Under the pieces are notes generated by a model, which did not search any database, was not told the DNA's origin, and was given only the letters and a program-made list of their open reading frames with translations. Shown here piece after piece: positions 62,062 through 64,000 of a DNA stretch of 64,000 nucleotides (positions within the stretch are counted from its first letter, which is position 1; the number at the start of each line of letters is the position of its first letter). The position numbers and the translations under genes are program-made. This stretch comes from Anaeramoeba ignava BMAN. Lineage: Eukaryota; Protista; Anaeramoebae. The DNA lies in the NCBI GenBank assembly GCA_028826165.1, contig JAPDFW010000080.1, positions 1 to 64,000 on the forward strand. Direction: 5' to 3'.

Positions 62062-64000
62062 TTAAATCTTATTTTGATCATTTTCATTTTCACTTTTGTA
62101 TTCAATATTATTTTCACTTTTGTATTCAATATTATTTTCACTTTTGTATTCAATATTATTTTCATTTTTGTATTCAATATTATTTTCACTTTTGTATTCA
62201 ATATCATTTTCATTTTTGTATTCAATATTATTTTCACTTTTGTATTCAATATCATTTTCATTTTCATTTTCAATATCATTTTCACTTTTGTATTCAATAT
62301 TATTTTCACTTTTGTATTCAATATCATTTTCATTTTTGTATTCAATATCATTTTCACTTTTGTATTCAATATTATTTTCATTTTTGTATTCAATATTATT
62401 TTCACTTTTGTATTCAATATTATTTTCACTTTTGTATTCAATATCATTTTCACTTTTGTATTCAATATTATTTTCATTTTTGTATTCAATATTATTTTCA
62501 ATTTCGTATTCAATATCATTTTCACTTTTGTATTCAATATTATTTTCATTTTTAATATCATTTTCATTTTTGTATTCAATATCATTTTCACTTTTGTATT
62601 CAATATTATTTTCATTTTTGTATTCAATATCATTTTCACTTTTGTATTCAATATTATTTTCACTTTTGTATTCAATATCATTTTCATTTTCATTTTCAAT
62701 ATTATTTTCATTTTTGTATTCAATATTATTTTCATTTTTGTATTCAATATTATTTTCATTTTTGTATTCAATATCATTTTCACTTTTGTATTCAATATTA
62801 TTTTCATTTTTGTATTCAATATTATTTTCATTTTTGTATTCAATATCATTTTCACTTTTGTATTCAATATCATTTTCACTTTTGTATTCAATATTATTTT
62901 CAATTTCATTTTCAATATTATTTTCATTTTTGTATTCAATATCATTTTCACTTTTGTATTCAATATTATTTTCATTTTTAATATCATTTTCACTTTTGTA
63001 TTCAATATTATTTTCATTTTCAATATTATTTTCACTTTTGTATTCAATATTATTTTCATTTTCAATATTATTTTCATTTTCAATATTATTTTCACTTTTG
63101 TATTCAATATCATTTTCATTTTTGTATTCAATATTATTTTCACTTTTGTATTCAATATCATTTTCATTTTGATTTTGATTTTGATTTTGATTTTCATCTT
63201 CAATTTCATCATCTTCAATTTCATCATCTTCAATTTTGTTTTCAATTTCTTCAATTTCAATCCCTATTTCATATTCGTTTTTGTATTCAATATCATTTTT
63301 ATTTTGATTTTGATTTTGATTTTGATTTTGATTTTCATTTTCATTTTGATTTTGATTTTGATTTTGATTTTCATTTTGATTTTGATTTTCATTTTGATTT
63401 TGATTTTGATTTTGATTTTCAATTTCATTTTCATTTTGATTTTCATTTTGATTTTGATTTTGATTTTGATTTTGATTTTGATTTTGATTTTGATTTTGAT
63501 TTTGATTTTCATTTTGATTTTGATTTTGATTTTGATTTTGATTTTGATTTTGATTTTCATTTAGATTTTGATTTTGATTTTGATTTTGATTTTCATTTTG
63601 ATTTTCATTTTGATTTTGATTTTCATTTTCATTTTCATTTTCAATTTCAATTTCATCATTTTCAATTTCATCATCTTCAATTTCATCATCTTCAATTTCA
63701 TCATCTTCAATTTTGTTTTCAATTTCTTCAATTTCAATCCCTATTTCATATTCGTTTTTGTATTCAATATCATTTTCATTTTGATTTTGATTTTGATTTT
63801 GATTTTGATTTTGATTTTGATTTTGATTTTGATTTTGATTTTCATTTTGATTTTCATTTTGATTTTCATTTTCACTTTGATTTTGATTTTGATTTTCATT
63901 TTCATTTTGATTTTCATTTTGATTTTGATTTTGATTTTCATTTTCACTTTGATTTTGATTTTGATTTTCATTTTCAATTTCATTTTCATTTTGATTTTGA
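62062..64000 (-). CDS. 3' part of a highly acidic low-complexity protein ((QN)n, EIEDD, then ENNIEYKS octapeptide repeats); start lies outside the window
   Basis: The frame GAA AAT AAT ATT GAA TAC AAA AGT shows no stop on manual reading from the window end to TAA at 62062-62064. All unit-length variants are multiples of 3. It is absent from the ORF track, presumably for lack of an in-frame start. Confidence 0.6.
   Translation of the reverse strand, partial: QNQNENEIENENQNQNQSENENQNQNQNENQNENENQNQNQSENENQNENQNENQNQNQNQNQNQNQNQNQNQNENDIEYKNEYEIGIEIEEIENKIEDDEIEDDEIEDDEIENDEIEIENENENENQNQNENQNENQNQNQNQNLNENQNQNQNQNQNQNQNENQNQNQNQNQNQNQNQNQNQNENQNENEIENQNQNQNQNENQNQNENQNQNQNQNENENQNQNQNQNQNKNDIEYKNEYEIGIEIEEIENKIEDDEIEDDEIEDENQNQNQNQNENDIEYKSENNIEYKNENDIEYKSENNIENENNIENENNIEYKSENNIENENNIEYKSENDIKNENNIEYKSENDIEYKNENNIENEIENNIEYKSENDIEYKSENDIEYKNENNIEYKNENNIEYKSENDIEYKNENNIEYKNENNIEYKNENNIENENENDIEYKSENNIEYKSENDIEYKNENNIEYKSENDIEYKNENDIKNENNIEYKSENDIEYEIENNIEYKNENNIEYKSENDIEYKSENNIEYKSENNIEYKNENNIEYKSENDIEYKNENDIEYKSENNIEYKSENDIENENENDIEYKSENNIEYKNENDIEYKSENNIEYKNENNIEYKSENNIEYKSENNIEYKSENENDQNKI

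Overview
Very AT-rich, intron-rich eukaryotic (protist-like) genomic DNA with GT-AG introns and the standard code. The style resembles anaerobic amoeba/metamonad genomes such as Anaeramoeba, but that is inference only. About 18 protein-coding genes can be reconstructed: an ankyrin-repeat protein, a divergent HAP2/GCS1-like fusogen, prefoldin-2, a divergent importin-alpha, casein kinase 1, nicastrin, a BTB-BACK-coiled-coil-ARM protein, an FG-GAP-like propeller/FN3 surface receptor, a class-I myosin with degenerate motor motifs, a Rab1-like GTPase, a CxxC zinc protein, CstF-64, an NAD-dependent epimerase, an F-box/TMEM185-like fusion, a PAS protein, a 14-3-3, an NT-C2/DIL protein, and the 3' end of an acidic repeat protein. 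Many introns and intergenic regions are inflated by satellites, and most low-complexity entries in the ORF track are artefacts of these. The standout is the BTB gene (21503-27235, minus strand). Its C-terminus is built from 11 tandem ~350-bp exon+intron units, each symmetric phase-1 exon encoding one ARM repeat. The introns are nearly identical, while exon variation is almost entirely non-synonymous and concentrated on the ARM helix-3 ligand-binding face. The gene lies between two direct (TTGA)n arrays. It is a candidate modular, diversifying recognition/ubiquitination (immune-like) system. Several regions carry clustered homopolymer frameshifts that are probably assembly errors. All family assignments are by motif recognition, not database search.
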